Below are positions 26,501-41,715 of a DNA stretch of 64,000 bases, in pieces. The translations under genes and the position numbers were made by a program. The notes beneath the pieces were generated by a model. That model saw only the letters and a list, made by a program, of their open reading frames with translations, was not told the origin of the DNA and searched no databases. The stretch lies in the NCBI RefSeq assembly GCF_000497125.1, contig NC_090601.1:310001-374000 (forward strand). The letters run 5' to 3'. The first letter of the stretch is position 1. Each line of letters opens with the position of its first letter. The DNA is from Spironucleus salmonicida. Its lineage: Eukaryota.

Positions 26501-29500
26501 GGTCCAGAACAGATTTTATCAGCAGATCCATTAGAAACCCTTATGGGGCCACGTGAATTATGGTTATCTTAATGGCCAGCATAAGTTGTTAATGTTCTAA
26601 GCTAAATGGTTTGGACGTATGAAACTTAGCATGCAATTGATAACGATGCTGTTTTACTTTAGCTTTAGGAGTAGAATGCTCGCATTGATAGATTGGTTCT
26701 ATGGGTTGGTTGCACACCGGAGACAGTAAAGCAATATCCTGATATTATATATAATAAAGGAATTAGAACCCTTTTGACTACCTTATTGACATTATGGGTA
26801 CATAATAGGGATATTGTAAGTTAACTTAAACAACCAGGAGTTGATCATAATTTCTTATTTGCTTCCTAGTTAAAGTATTATTTCAAAGAAAATACTGGGG
26901 ATTTAACTGTCAAATAAGTTGATGCTTCATTAGAGTATTAGTTTGAATACTTAGGCAATCATCAAAGGTTGGCTATTACACCTCTTACAGATAGATGCTT
27001 TTTAACTCTTACCTCCGCTCTTGCTAAAACATTTGGTGGATCACCTATGGGACCTGCTGGGACTGGTAAATCTGAATCCGTAAAAGATTTAGCAAAATCG
27101 TTAGCCATTGGGTGTTATATCTTTAATTGCTCTGAGGGTTTAAATGAATAATCTATTAGCAAATTTTTCTGCGGTCTTTGCATATGCGGTATGTATTCAT
27201 GTTTAGATGAATTTAATAGATGTAGACTTGACGTTTTATCAGTTGTTGCTTCTTAAATATTAACTATTTAACGTGCTATTAGATCTAAATTGAAAGCTTT
27301 TACTTTTGAAGGTAATCACATTAAGCTTGTAAATTGCTGTGGTATTTTTATTACTATGAACCCTGGATATGCTGGGCGTGCGGAACTTCCTACCAATTTA
27401 AAGAATTTATTCAGACCAATTTATATGACTGTTCCAGATTATACTATTATAGCTGAGATATTGTTATTTGCTTCTGGTTATAGATAAGCTAGTAGCTTAG
27501 CTGTTAAGATATGTTAAACCCTTAAGTTATCGTCAGAGTAATTATCCAAAGCGTCTCATTATGATTTTGGTATGAGAGCGTTAAGAAGTATATTAAATGC
27601 AGCAGCTAGACTTAAAAGACTATACTGGATGGAAAAAGAGGATATACTATGTTTAAGGGCAGTCTGTGATGTTAATGTTCCAAAGTTTTTAGCAGCAGAT
27701 GTTATTTTATATAACAATATTGTTTCTGATTTATTCATGGAATGCTATGAAATATATATGGCCAAACAATCTGCTTCATCAGAAGATATTTATACTTGCT
27801 CATTAGATGAAATTACTATGGATGTTGATGCTGAACATTTGTTAAAACGTTTTATAAGGGAATAGACACTTCTCTTACACTTAAACCCATCCGAAGAATT
27901 CATGGAAAAAGTATGTCAGCTTTATGCAACCATGTCTGTTCGACATGGTTTGATGAATGTTGGTAATACAATGACAGGTAAAACAACATCAGTAAAAATT
28001 ATTGCTAAAGCGTTAACTTAAATGCATAGCTTCTTAAAAACAAAACCAGAATGGGTCAAAGAAAAATTTACAGTAGATGCATATCCTCACTTCTATCCAG
28101 TTTCTACATATAAAATAAATGCTAAAGCCATAACAGCTGATGAGTTATATGGGAATTTTTCAGAAATTTCTAATGAATGGACAGATGGTATTTTGTGTAC
28201 TATAATGAGATTATGTGGAGAAGAATAAAACGATAGAAAACTTCATTTTATTGTTTTTGATTCTCCAGTAGATGCTATTTGGGTAGAAAATTTAAATACT
28301 GTGCTAGATGATGCGAAGCGTCTATGTTTGACCTCCGGTGAGGTTATTGCTCTACCAGAGACCACAACCTGTATGTTTGAAGTTTAAAATTTAGAACATG
28401 CGTCACCAGCAACAGTTTCACGTTGTGGTATGATTTACTATGATTAAACTGTTATTTAGTTACCAAGTATGTTCTACGCTGTTTGCTTTGAAATGCTACC
28501 AAAGTGGTTTTTGGAATTAGATATAAATCTTCAGTCATCGTGGCCTGTTGTAAATGTTAAGAAAAATGTTCCAATTATTTAAGGATATTAAGACTTAAGT
28601 GTTGTTTCAAAGTCATAACCTGATAATAATATTATATTAAATAGCCATTAATCTATGAAGATGACAGTTATTGAAAGACTTACTAATTTATTTAACTGGC
28701 TATTTATACCTATTCATAATTATGTTACGAAAAATTCTAAAACTATTGTTTTCTAGACTGCACATACGATGATTTATAATCTTGTTAGAATATTATCTTC
28801 CTATATTAAATCTTATTCAGAGCCTCAGTGTGATATAACTATAACTGACAACGAAGCTATTGAATTAAGAAATACTTTACCGCCATTAGGTGATATAGGA
28901 AGCTTTGTTGACTCATCTTTTATATTCGCATTTACATGGTCTGTAGGTGCTTCTGGTGACTTTAAAGGTAGACAATGCTTCAGTTAAATTTTGAGGCATT
29001 TATTCTATGATATTCCTTAGTTGCTTATTTCGAATGGAGCTAATGCGAATTACGACTTTACAATGCCTGAGGGTAAGTCATTTAGCAACTCTAGCATCAA
29101 GATGACTAAATCGTCAAAAGATGGTATTGAATTGCGTGGTTCTGAATTGGCTGATATATATAAGCGTTTAATTTAGGAAGATATTACTATCTGGAGAACT
29201 ACAATAAATATTCCTTTCACAGAAGAGTTGAAGACAAAAGGAGATTTAATAAAATATCCGCATGATGTATGTATTTAGGTCATTGAAGATAAAAATTCGA
29301 ACAAAGAGAGAGTTAGAGGATTATAAACGCCATTTGATGTAGCAAAAGGGCTCACATTAGAATGGGTTCCCTGGAAGCACAGTAAATATTAAATCCCAGA
29401 GCCAGAATTGAACAATATTGCATTTTATAGTGATACTATTATTCCAACGTAAGATGTTGTATCCCTTAATGCTTTAATTTCGTTCTTATGCTCATAATAA

Positions 29501-32500
29501 GTGCCAATTTTATTGGCTGGTCCATCAGGATCAGGTAAGACTTCACTAGCAAGACTTCTTATGACATAAGATTATTATACAGTTAAATGCTGTCTGACTG
29601 CTAAAACATCAACAACACAGTTTAGATCTATTGTTGATTCTAAGCTTGAAAAAGTAAGAAAAGGAGTATATAGTTTAAGTAAAATTAAACAAAGTATTTT
29701 CTTTGTCGATGATGCACACATGCCTTAAAAGGAAACGTATGATGCCCAACCACCTTTAGAGGTAGTTAGAGAATTATTAGAAGAAAAAGGTTGGTATGAT
29801 ATTGAGTAAGGAATATTTAAGAAAATTACAAATACAACTACTATCATGAGTGCGACAACTACTGGAGAGTTGTTGGATCTTTTACCATCTAGATTAATGC
29901 ACCATGTTGCGTTAATTTCTGTTCCTGAATCATCAGATGATGCATTTTCTAAAATCTTCACTAGATTAATTTAACCTTTTGTTGGTCATTTACCATCTTC
30001 ATTAAGTTCTATTATAGATAATATAGTTTCTTCTACTATTTTACTTTATAGAAAGGTTAGGGATTAGTTTAAACCAACTCCAGCACATATGCATTATTTA
30101 TTTGGACCTCGTGACTTGAGTAAAGTATTTTAAGGTTTACTCTTAACAATGAAAAACACTATTATGGATGACAATACATTCAAATAATATTTCTCATCAT
30201 AATAGAATGTTGTCGGAGTATGGGTTAATGAATGTCTTAGAATATTTAGCGATAGATTGATAAATGATGAGGATAATAGGCTATTCGTTGAATTGCTTTA
30301 AGAATCTTGGAATTAGGCGGGATTAGTAAATACACCTTTGGAAAGAATTCTACCAGAGAGTGTATTTGATTCAACAACAAATCTAATTGAGATGAACTTT
30401 AGCATTTCTTTGATGGAATTAGTCGATAAAAAATCATAAGAAGACGCTTAACTTTAGTAAGATTAACAATAAAAAGAAGCATACACATAAATACCATATT
30501 AATTTACTAACATTAATGATTAGGATTAGAGAGTTGCGTCAACAGGATACTTTGAAAACGCAATTTAAATATTTAATAAAGGAATGAAATTTTATGATGC
30601 TAATGAAAAATTAGATTTAATATTATTCAAATATGCACTTACACATTTAATGAGAATCACTAGAATCTTACAGTCTGATAGGGGACATGGCTTAATGATA
30701 GGTATGCCATCTTCAGGAAAGAGATCTTTAACTAGATTAGCAGCAGCAGCTTTAGCTGATTTTTATGTCAATTCTGATGATGTAATTTCGGAGTCTGGTA
30801 TACCATTATCTAAAAGTGCAGTCCTTAAGCTATTTGAGCCTAATGGCAAAGGTGACTTTTTAGATAAAATTAGATAAGCGGTTAAAGTATCTGGAGTTTA
30901 AGCAAAACCTTGCCTTCTTATGATTTAGGAAGCACTAGCTGATAATTTCGGTTTAGAATGTATTAATTTCCTTATATCTTTAGGTGAAATACCAAATTTA
31001 TTCAGCTCTGATGATTTAACTGAGATAAATAAAGATCTAGCTGAATAGTTTAAAGGTGCATCAAAACCTGAAATGTATGCATCCATGGCAGATAGAGTTA
31101 TCCGTAATTTACATATTGTTATTTCTGTCACTCCAGGTTCATCTGCCTTAGATAGTATTGTTACTTATTTCCCATCTTTGTTAGGATCATTAACTGTTAA
31201 TTGGTTTACTCCTTGGGAAGAAGACACTTTATCTTCAATTGCTTAATATTACCTTAAGAATGAAACTGATTGCTAGAAAATTTCATAAATATTGGTATAA
31301 ATTCATAGAGATACTGAAAGAATTGTTTTAAATAAATATCCAACTTTATGTACATCTCCAGCAACATTCTTGTCACTAATTTCTAATTTCCTTTCATTGA
31401 AGGAGGTTGTTATTTAAAGATATTAGGCTTAATTAAATAGATATGCAAATGGTGTTCAATGTCTTAAAGATACCGAATTATCCGTTGTTGGGTTAAGACA
31501 GGAATAAACTGCTTAATAACCAATATTATAAAAAGCATAATAAGATGTGTCAGTGTTAGCTAAACAAATTGATGAGAAACGTAAAGAAATGTCAGCAGTT
31601 AAAGAAGTACTATCTAGTGAAGAATAGGTAGCAATGAAAGCCAAATCAGAAGCTGATGTATTAGCTGCATCGTGTTAGGAAGATTTAGATAGAGCATAAC
31701 CACTAATCGATAGAGCTACAAAGGCACTATCACTATTAAAATCGGGTGATGTTAATGAAGTTAGATCATTTGCTCAACCATCTAAAGGCGTTAGACTACT
31801 AGGAGAAGTACTATGTATTATAAGAGAAACTAAGATTAATACCGCACCTGATGCTGATAATTGGGCAATTGCCAAAAAAGTTTTAATGGCGAATGGATTC
31901 TTAAATATTTTAAAGAGTATGACGGATTTAACAGCTCCAGTTGCATAAAAATTAGGGAAATACATATAAAACCCAGAGTTTATACCAAAAGAAGTAGCAA
32001 AAGCTTCAGCTGCCGCAGCCGGTATTTGTGAATGGATTCATGCCTTATATGAATATTATGTCGTCATGATTGATGTGAAGCCCAAACAAGCGAAGCTAGC
32101 AGAAGCGTTAGCTTAAGCTAAGCAAATGACAGATGCTTTAGAGGAAAAGCAGAAATTACTCAGAAATGCAGAAGCTTAGTTAGAAGTTTTAGAAGCCGAA
32201 GCCTAAAAAGCTTCAGAAGAATTATCAAGACTTTCGGTAGAATATGAGAAGTGTTGTAGCAGGTTAAAGCGTGCAGAAGGGCTCATTTCTGGATTATCTG
32301 GCGAATAGGTTCGTTGGAATTAAGAAGTTATTAAAATCCAAGAGTAAATCAACCAGATAACTCCTACTACCATTGTAGCCACTGCATATTGCGCTTGTTT
32401 AGGAGGTATGGAATTTGCGGATAGGGACTAATTATCAACAAAATGGATAGAAGTCATTATCTAAGAATTTATGTCTGGCGCTGATGATAAATAAATTTAA

Positions 32501-35500
32501 GAGATTATGAACTTTAAATTATAACTATTTGTTTCTGATTAACCCACTATTTCCAAGTGGTTATCTAATGGTTTGTCTAAGGATTCGTTCTCACTTACTT
32601 CGGCATCAATCGCTTTTATGGCTAAGAAAGTCCCTTTGTTAATTGATCCCTAGCAAACAGGGAAGAAATGGGCTAGTATTACATTAGTGCATAAGGAGTC
32701 AACTGTGACAATAGCTAGATATACTGACTAAAATCTTCACAAGTAGATTGAGACTGCACTAAGATGCGGTTATTCACTAATAATCGAAGGAATTGGTAAT
32801 GAAGAATGGATTAGAAACGATCCTAAAATGAAGTCGGCTATTTTAGCTCATAACTTACTACTAGCTAATATTAAATAAGTATCAGTTACTGTTAAATTTG
32901 GTGAAACAGAGATTACAGTTCCAAATACATTTAGGCTGTGTCTAATTACGACATTTGATATAGCTATTCCATCAGATGTATTCGGTGATTTTTCGATCGT
33001 AACATTCAAAGCAACAAGAGAAGCTCTAATGGATTTGTTAATTTCTGTTGCTGTTGAATGTGAAAATCCAGAAGCAGAAAATTCTCGCAAGCAACTTCAA
33101 AGTTCAATTGCAGAGTCATAATCTGAATTGCTGGAATTAGAAACCAATTTATTGAATATATTAAGCTCTGGTAGTGATTCAGGAAGTAGTTTGCTTGATA
33201 ATGTTAACCTTATGAATGCTCTCAATAACACATAATCTAGATCATAGGAAATATCAAGGAAAATGGTCAAAGCAGCTTAAAAAACTGCAGAAATTGAAGA
33301 AGCTAGACAAGTGTATAGTAATTTATCTAGTCAAGCTGCAACTTTATTCTTTGTTGTACTAAGATTAACTAATCTAGACTCAATGTATGAAAATTCCTTA
33401 TAAAACTATATTAAATCTTTTGTAAGAACTATTAATGAGAATTTAGAAAACGAGGCAGAAGATCGTCTGGTTTCTATATTTAATTAATTTGCTATAAGAA
33501 TTTATTCAACTGTATCTAGAGGCTTATTTGTTTCCCATAAACTAACATTTTCTTTGGATATAGCTATATCACTAGACCTAAATAATGGAGTATTAACCTA
33601 GTAATAGTTTGATATTATTATGGCTGCATTTAGTGGAAACATTGCATAGTATGAGAAAAAAGAAAATCCAGAAAATAAATATAGAGATTTGGGCGTTCCA
33701 GATGTTGACTGGAAAATATTTGCAACGGTTTGTTCTACGAATTTATTAATAGATTTGAATTTAGAAAGTGCCGATATTTACATATAGTTACTGAAAGATA
33801 ATCCATAAGCATCAATTATTTCGTCATTATCTTATATGGTTTTCTGTTCTTGTATCAAATCAAGAGATATCATATTTGCTACTAAAAAATTCATCACCGA
33901 AAGAATTGGCCCTCAATTTGTATTAACAGAATCACCTTAATTGACAGATATTGTAGCAGAATCGATTAATACCGTGCCTACTTTAATATTATTATCTGCT
34001 GATTCAGATCCATCTAATAAAATTATGTAGCTAGGGGATTAAAATAATGTATTTTGCCACTCAGTTTCTATAGGCAAAGGCTAAGGTCCTATAGCAGAGA
34101 AAGCTATAACAGAAGCTATTATATAAGGACAATGGGTTTTGTTAGGAAATACACATTTGGCTGGAACTTGGTTAACAAAATTAGAAAGCATATGTGAATC
34201 TATAAGTGATAATTCATATGATCCAGATAATAGTGGGAAAATTATTTAGATACATTAAAACTTCAGACTTTTCTTAACTACTATGCCTTTTGACGGATTC
34301 CCCTCTTCGATCATTAAAGCAGCAACAAAAGTTTCAGCTGAGGCTCCAATGGGAATTAAAAACAATTTTGGTAGGTTATTTAATACTTTAACAGAAGATC
34401 AATTATCGATCCTCCCAGAAAACTTTGATAAAAAAGATTCAGAGGAATAATAAGTTTGTTAAATATTAAATTAAAATTATAGAAGATTATTATGGAATTT
34501 ATCAATATTCTTCTCAGCTGTTTTAGAAAGGAGAAGATTTGGTGCTATTGGATTTTCTACTGGATATGATTGGGCAGATCCAGACTTCTTAATAAGTTAA
34601 ATGTAGCTTAGTACTCTATTTAAAGATCTAATTGCTCAAAAATTAGATGTAATCCATCATCATATGGAAAATACGATAAGTGCATTAAAATTCTTAATAT
34701 CATCAATAAATGCAGGCGGTAGAGTTGCAGACTCGAAAGATCAGCTAATTGTCAATTCTATGATGGATGCATATTATCATTCGGATTTAAAGAAACTTGG
34801 AGATGTAGTTGAAAAAGACTATGGATTTTAAAATATTTAAAAATAGGAAGGCCTTACAATGTTAGATACAGTAATTACTTCTGGGTATTCTAGATTTTCA
34901 GATTTAGATATTCCAGAGTTATTTGGTCTTGATAATAATGCATCAATATTATTATCATAAAATACTGGAAAATAATTACTTTTATCAGTATTATCAATTT
35001 ATGCATCGTCATCTTCATCATCATCTAGCTCCTCGTCTACATCTTAAACTGACGTTGAATATTAATAATTATAGACAATAATTGAAGAATTGCCATAGCC
35101 ATTTGACTAAACTGAGATAGATGAAAAATATCCGACATCTTATCTTGAATCTATGAATACTGTATTGACATAAGAGTGTGCACGATACAATAAGCTCATA
35201 GCACTAATAAGGTTTTCTTCATAGTAAACTCAACATGTATTAAAAGGTTTGATATTAAAGACGCAATAAACCAATAACGTTTTAAACGCTATGAGATTGA
35301 ACAAGGTACCTGCGTTTTGGGAAAAAGCAGCATGGCCTTCGTTGAAATCTCTTTCGACATGGATGACTGATCTAACTGCTAGAGTCAACTTTATTAGAAA
35401 TTGGGTTGAAACAGGTGTATAAAAAACTGTCTGGTTTTCTGGGTTTTCATATCCATAAGCATTTATCACAGGTACTCTTTAGAACTTTGCAAGACGCTAG

Positions 35501-35872
35501 AAGATACCCATTGATTAACTTGTCCTAGATTTTGAAATTTTTGATATACTTCCAGAGATTCCAGAGGGATGTTAAATTATTACAGGAATGTTCCTTCAAG
35601 GAGGAAGGCTAATTAACAAGAAATTGGTTGATGCTGAATCAGGTTAATTATTTGTTGAAGTGCCATTTATCATGTTGAAGCCGTGTAAAATATCAGAGCT
35701 AAATGTAGGTAATAGATACAGATGCCCAAGCTATAGAACTACAGCAAGAAAGGGCGTTTTAACCACAACTGGTCATTCAAGTAATTATATCCTTGATATT
35801 TATCTCCACTGCGAAGGGGATATCGGAAAATGGGTAAGAAGAGGCGCGGCACTATTTTAACAATCTGATTGA
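20600..35872 (+). CDS. axonemal dynein heavy chain (probably single-headed inner-arm type), 5090 aa
   Basis: All + strand ORF-track fragments from 22826 to 35660 lie in one frame; [27 protein letters not shown] (AAA1), [25 protein letters not shown]-loops; stalk/MTBD; C-terminal [19 protein letters not shown]...WVRRGAALF. Confidence 0.97.
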
Positions 35873-35924
35873 TTGATTTAATTTATTATTTATTATTTAT
35901 TATTTTATATTATTATAACTTAAA

Positions 35925-36920
35925 ATGTAAAAAATTATTAACACATATTCTAAAATTCCTAGCAATATTTCACAAATTTAGGAAGATTAGCTAGAAAATA
36001 CTTCAGCAGATGTTAAGAAATCAGGTCATTTAGAGTTACTTAATGCCCAAATAGGGGACTTCACGATTGTTGAAATATTATGTGAGACTAATTCCAGTAC
36101 ACTCTGTGTAGCAAACTATAATAATGTATTATATACATTAAAAGTAGCAAGGACTCTTCCTTATTTCTAAGACTTAATGCTAAAAGAAATTTAGAATTTT
36201 CACCTAATTTAAACTTTAGATATTTCACCAAAACTAGTTAGAGTATAAACATCTCTACCTGTATTTTTAGCTTATAAATTTGAACCATTAACACTAGACA
36301 AAGCATTACATATAAATAAAACGGGTTTCAATATAGATCTAGTTAAGTAATTTGGGTGTTAGCTTATTAGTTTAGCAAAATAGTTGCCATTTATCCATAA
36401 TAATATATAAATAAAAAATATTCTTATCACTGATTAACTTAAGCTTAAGCTTATTGATTTTAATGGAATTATGGATGACAATAATACACCTTATGAATAG
36501 TTTGCATTTGTGGAGAATGATCCAACGGTTTGGTAAATCGGGCATGTTCTTATGCATCTTTATTTGGGAAGATCTCCGTTTGGGCAGACAATATTTTAAT
36601 CTATGCATAACTAATTATAAATTTTAGGGGAACCTGATTATAAATTGTTTTCAATTTAGCAAAGAAAACGTCTTTTTGATGACTGGAATGATACAATACA
36701 TATCCAAGTTGAAGAATAAATTATAAATATTTGTGGTTAAATAAAATGGAAATATTGTCCAAATTTGAATATTTTGAATGCTTTTAATCAAGCATATTAA
36801 AGAGTGGAATTAGATGTATTGTTTGGAAATGAATTTGGTTAATTCCTTAAAAAGGTAATGAGTAACAATTTTGCTGAAAGACCGACTTTAGACGATGTTA
36901 TTTGGGAATGGCTAGAATGA
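35925..36920 (+). CDS. divergent protein kinase-like protein (probable pseudokinase), 331 aa
   Basis: TLKVA, FIHNNIQIKNILI, LKLIDFNG, WQIGHVLMHLYLG, ERPTLDDV: kinase fold motifs with a degenerate catalytic loop. Confidence 0.78.
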
Positions 36921-36951
36921 TTATTATATAATAATATTTAGTATTATATTA

Positions 36952-39546
36952 ATGAAATCATTTTTAAAAAAGCATTAGAAGAGTGATGTCAAAGTTAATT
37001 TACTATAAAAAATAATATAGTTTAATATTAACTAAGAGATAGGAGATTTATTTGATCTATTAGCGTTAGCTAACTAAGACTATAAGCAAATTATTTACAA
37101 ATTCGTACTAAGTACAAGAATAGGCTATGAATTTTACAAATTTAAAGATCTTATTGATGAAAACTAAATACTTACAGCACTGATAGTGTAAATTATAAGA
37201 AACAAAAGTTTTGGCTCACTAATAAAAGCATTTAATGATGAATAAATGAATAGAATAGATCCTTTCTAACTTTCCAATTTGGACTATGATTTTCGAAATA
37301 ATCTTTAATTAACTGATGAGTAGCAGGAATTGCTGTTATAAATTTTATTGCTAATTGATTAATAAAGTATAAATTTTTAATCACATTAACTCATAAAAAT
37401 ACTCTAAATCTTATTTCCATACCCAAAAAATCATAATTTGGTTCTAGTGTTCTTATAATCTATTAATTCACAGGCAAACTATCATTTATTTTACAATTTG
37501 CTTTGCCTTCCACAATACCTTATGGAATATATAGAGCATGATGACTGTATTTCATCATAAGGGCAAATATTTTGTTACTTCTTGCATTAAAAATTATATT
37601 AATATAAGAATAATATTAACAATGCATATTCTCCCAGATTAACTTTTAGTATACATAATTTTAATCTGGCATAAAAGATTTGGAGACTAGAAAATTGTAC
37701 TTCTGAACTATCATTCTACTTTTAATGTAGATGTATGTCTTAAATTTTTAGTTGGTCATTTGAAGAATCCGTTAAATTTTATGAAGTGGCCCGAATACAG
37801 AAAGAAATTTGCTCAAAATATTATTGCTCTGTATAACAATTTTTAAACACAAAATTTGATTATAATTTAACTTCTTTAAATAAACTAGCCAATCTTTATG
37901 AAAATGTAATTAATTATGATCTTTAGGTAAGAAGGTATCCTTTTTATTTAAATGAATAATTGAATGAAGTTATTGCGGAGTTTCTTGAATATTTTTGCTC
38001 AGATCATAAAATATAAGTTTTTATGAGTCCAACTAAATAAATTCTGCATGATTTTCGCTATGTATCGCTTAATGATATGATATCTATTATTCCAAGTGCT
38101 GAGTTTAGTATTTTAAACATTTTATTCCGTGTATAGACAAAAGAAGATTTAATAGATAATATGATTAAATAGAAAAAACTTTATTAATTTATTCTACTAC
38201 TTAAGTAAATTTGCTTTCCATTTGATAGTTAGATACTTGATGATGTTTTTTTAGATTAGATAATATGTCTTTAGTAATAATAAGATTTACAGAATTAAAC
38301 GAAGTTTATACTACCAAATTTAACAATTTAATATTAATTTTTTAAAAACATACTGGAAATCGAGGAACAGCCAGACTATTTATGTAAGTTGAAACTTCTA
38401 ATATTAAACTTTTCCATATAAATTCCAGCGTTAAAACAACTTGAAAATGATGTTGATGATATGAGCTAAATTTAATTGATAACTGCTAGCTACTACATTA
38501 ATCAGAAATAATTATCTCATTATTAAAAATAGGATACAATTTAAGATAAAATTGTTTTAACAGTTATATAATAAGTAGAATAAAATTCATATCTTATTGA
38601 AAAGGATTGGAAAAAATGGTCTAATTTGTATATTGATGATTTAATTTAGTAATTTAAATTATTTAATATACAAGAAAAGTCTTACTAAATACAAAGGCTT
38701 TTTCAACTTACTTTTAAGAAAATTCTTTCCATTTTTAAACTTTCTTCTGTTTCCAGTTCATAATATAAATAAACTCTAATTTAACTCCAATAGTAAGTTA
38801 GACTTTATAAAAAAGAATTCGGTCATCGGTATGCATTATTCTATATCTGCTAATATCTAGCTGCTAATCCTAACTAACTTACATTTATATTATAGCTTTC
38901 TCTAAACAACCCTAAGATTTATAAGCTACTATTAAAAAGAACACAAAAACTGAATAAATAAGTTATTATGAATCTAAGCTTAAGAATAGATAAAGAATAA
39001 CATGAATTTTTCGATTAATATTTACTAGATATTTACTATCAGTCTGTGAACTATTATAGGACATTAACACACTCGGAGTTTCTCATGCATCTAAAAAATA
39101 TATAAAACGTATATAAGAAAGAAGAATAATTCAACAGACTTCTTCTACTTCTCAGTGCACGGCTCCCAGATACCATTTAATAAGATACAATTATCAAACC
39201 TATAATAGAAAAGTAAATATCATTACTTTTTAATGATAATTATTTCAAAATGATATTTCCAGAATTTCATGACCAAATATAACATTTTTATGCGCCATAA
39301 GACACTTTCTAACATTTCTACTTTCACTACCTATAAAAATTTTATGATATTATTAAAAGTGATTTGCAATTCATTTTAAATACCAATTAGTAATAATTTA
39401 TAAAGTTTTAAAGTTTTCATTGCCCAACTGATTCGAATCTCAATTCAACATAAAATTCTTACGATAGAAATTCCTAAGTTAACATATCAGCATTTAACTC
39501 AGTTTGCTTTTCAAATGAATCTTTGAATTCATCTTCTACAGAGTGA
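36952..39546 (+). CDS. large hypothetical protein, 864 aa
   Basis: ATG 36952 in frame with GAGTGA stop 39544-39546; Q/L/I-rich helical-looking translation. Confidence 0.75.
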
Positions 39547-39558
39547 GTACACAATTCA

Positions 39559-39906
39559 TCACTTGAAACATTAAGACTATCTTTTGTGTTCTTAAAAACA
39601 TTAAGAAGAGCAGTATCGAGCGTTACACTTATCACCAGAACATGCATATGGAGCCCTTTCTTTTTAGCAAATAATGCATCGTGCACCAGTTGCATTACCA
39701 GTTGCAAATACTGTTGCACTAAAAAGATTAGGAGTGGCTGTTAGCTAGGAGGGATCCTCTTGATAATCGAATTACACATAATCAAGAGCATCTTATTTAG
39801 TAGTTTATTATGTATCTGATACTAATTTTTTAAAATTCTTTTTAGTAGATTGTAATTCTACTGATTAGAATTTCGTATCATTTTACTGTTGGTGGAGAGC
39901 ATCCAT
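39559..39906 (-). CDS. HIT-type zinc finger protein (ZNHIT1/Vps71-like), 115 aa
   Basis: C-terminal CIICQKERAPYACSGDKCNARYCSSQCFQEHKRQSQC. Confidence 0.8.
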
Positions 39907-40001
39907 TTTAAGAATTAGTAGTATCTATATTATATATTATTAATCCTATTTTTAGATAATTAATATTAATATTATTGTATTATAAAAATTGTAAGCTGAA
40001 A

Positions 40002-41351
40002 ATGGCTTAAATGATACTAACAATTTAATTACTTACTTGTGAAGTTAATTATGTTATTTTTAATCCTATTATTTACTTAATTGATATAAATTTAACATGT
40101 AATTGGCAAAATATAACTTTTATGCTTGAAGTAGGAGACTAATAGTAACAATTCGAAAAATAGATTACCTAAATATAGAATCCAGCTTTCTAGTTTTAAA
40201 TTCTACACAAAACACTACCACTGTTTCTTAATATTTACTAAGGTGATATTTAACTTTAGCAGCTACAAGTCTACTAATTTAAAACGGTTATTACAAATCC
40301 TATCACGTGTATATAAAATCTTTTTGTATCCTAATCTTAACTTAAATCATGGTTATCCATTTAGGGAAACTTTACAAAATGTGTATATGATTTTAGTATA
40401 CTAAATTGGTATTTTATGATAAATTAGGTATCTTTGAAGCTTAAATTCAACTAGAGACCTTATTATTCAGAAGAAGTATTGGGAGACATATTTTATTATC
40501 CAATACTATATGTTGAATGTAAAGATGATTAGAATTGTCAGTATGCTCTGGAAAATATCTATCATTTTGAGTAGTAGCTTATTCTAAATGTAGGCAAAGT
40601 AAACATTTCATACAAAAACCTAACAATTTTTACTAATCCTAATAACTTTAATATTGAAATGTAGATAAATAATAAATCAGTTGACGGGGATGTAGATTTT
40701 CAGTATATTTGGGGGTCTATTTATGTTAGTACCAGCCGAATAATGAGATATATCAATACTACATTAGATGCCACATTAATTAAGATGAGTATATTATTGT
40801 ATTCTTCTAATATATCAATTACACTAGTTAATAGTTATGATAATATTTAACAATTTTTAAATCCGTTTCATTTCTTCATTTGTGAGGAAGAATGCTTAGC
40901 TTTAAGGAATTAAACTTACTCAGCAATAATAAAATTCGATTATTTCTTACGAGATATCTTGGTTCAACATAATTCGTTTTATATGAAAAAGTAACCCTAT
41001 TTTCCAGTTAATATACGAATTGATAGTAATTAAATCAATGTTATTTCAGATTTTATTTCGCCTAATAATATAAGTCTCCTTTTTGGAGACTCTATTCTTA
41101 TCCCATTTGAGAAATATATGGGGTCGGGTTTCCGTCCTATGAGTGAAGAAGGTAAAAAGTAGCTAAAACGTTATCCATAACTTTTGTAAAAATACAATAA
41201 ACTTATTGTTATCTTAGAGAACCAGAATTAATCATTTTTCGTTAACAATATTCAAACTTTTACCATTAATTTTCTTATTTTAATTTTAATGGGTTCCGTA
41301 ATTCTTGTTACAACATCATTAGTCATGTTCATGTTATGGAAATTAAAATGA
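40002..41351 (+). CDS. single-pass membrane protein (~449 aa)
   Basis: Short hydrophobic N-terminus (second ATG 40011) and C-terminal TM FLILILMGSVILVTTSLVMFMLW followed by KLK*. Confidence 0.72.
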
Positions 41352-41715
41352 GCTGTAGTAGGAGTAACTATAGTTTATGGAGTATTGTAGTATTAGGTTA
41401 AGGTTAATAATATTTTCTGATTATTAAATTTACAAAGTAAAATTTCCTTAACCCTTTATCATGTATTTATAACCCTTTTATGTAATTAAGCTTATATATT
41501 TTACGAGAATAGCTCTAATATAAATTTTATTAACCTATTTATTTAGTTTTCTTTAACATATTTAAATCAACTGAATAGATATAGTATTTCCTAGTTACAG
41601 ATTTTAACCTCTAGTATCAAAAATACCGATGCAAACTCCTTTTTCAAAGTACTAATAAATCAATTTGTAATAATAAATTAATGTTATCCTATTAATGTAA
41701 TATTTAAAATTGAAC

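Noticed and set aside
35003-35045. TCA/TCN microsatellite-like run
   Set aside because: Encodes a poly-Ser linker in dynein
4905-35872. Fragmented ORFs as pseudogenes or intron-split genes
   Set aside because: Fragments share a single frame and are interrupted only by TAA/TAG (Gln)
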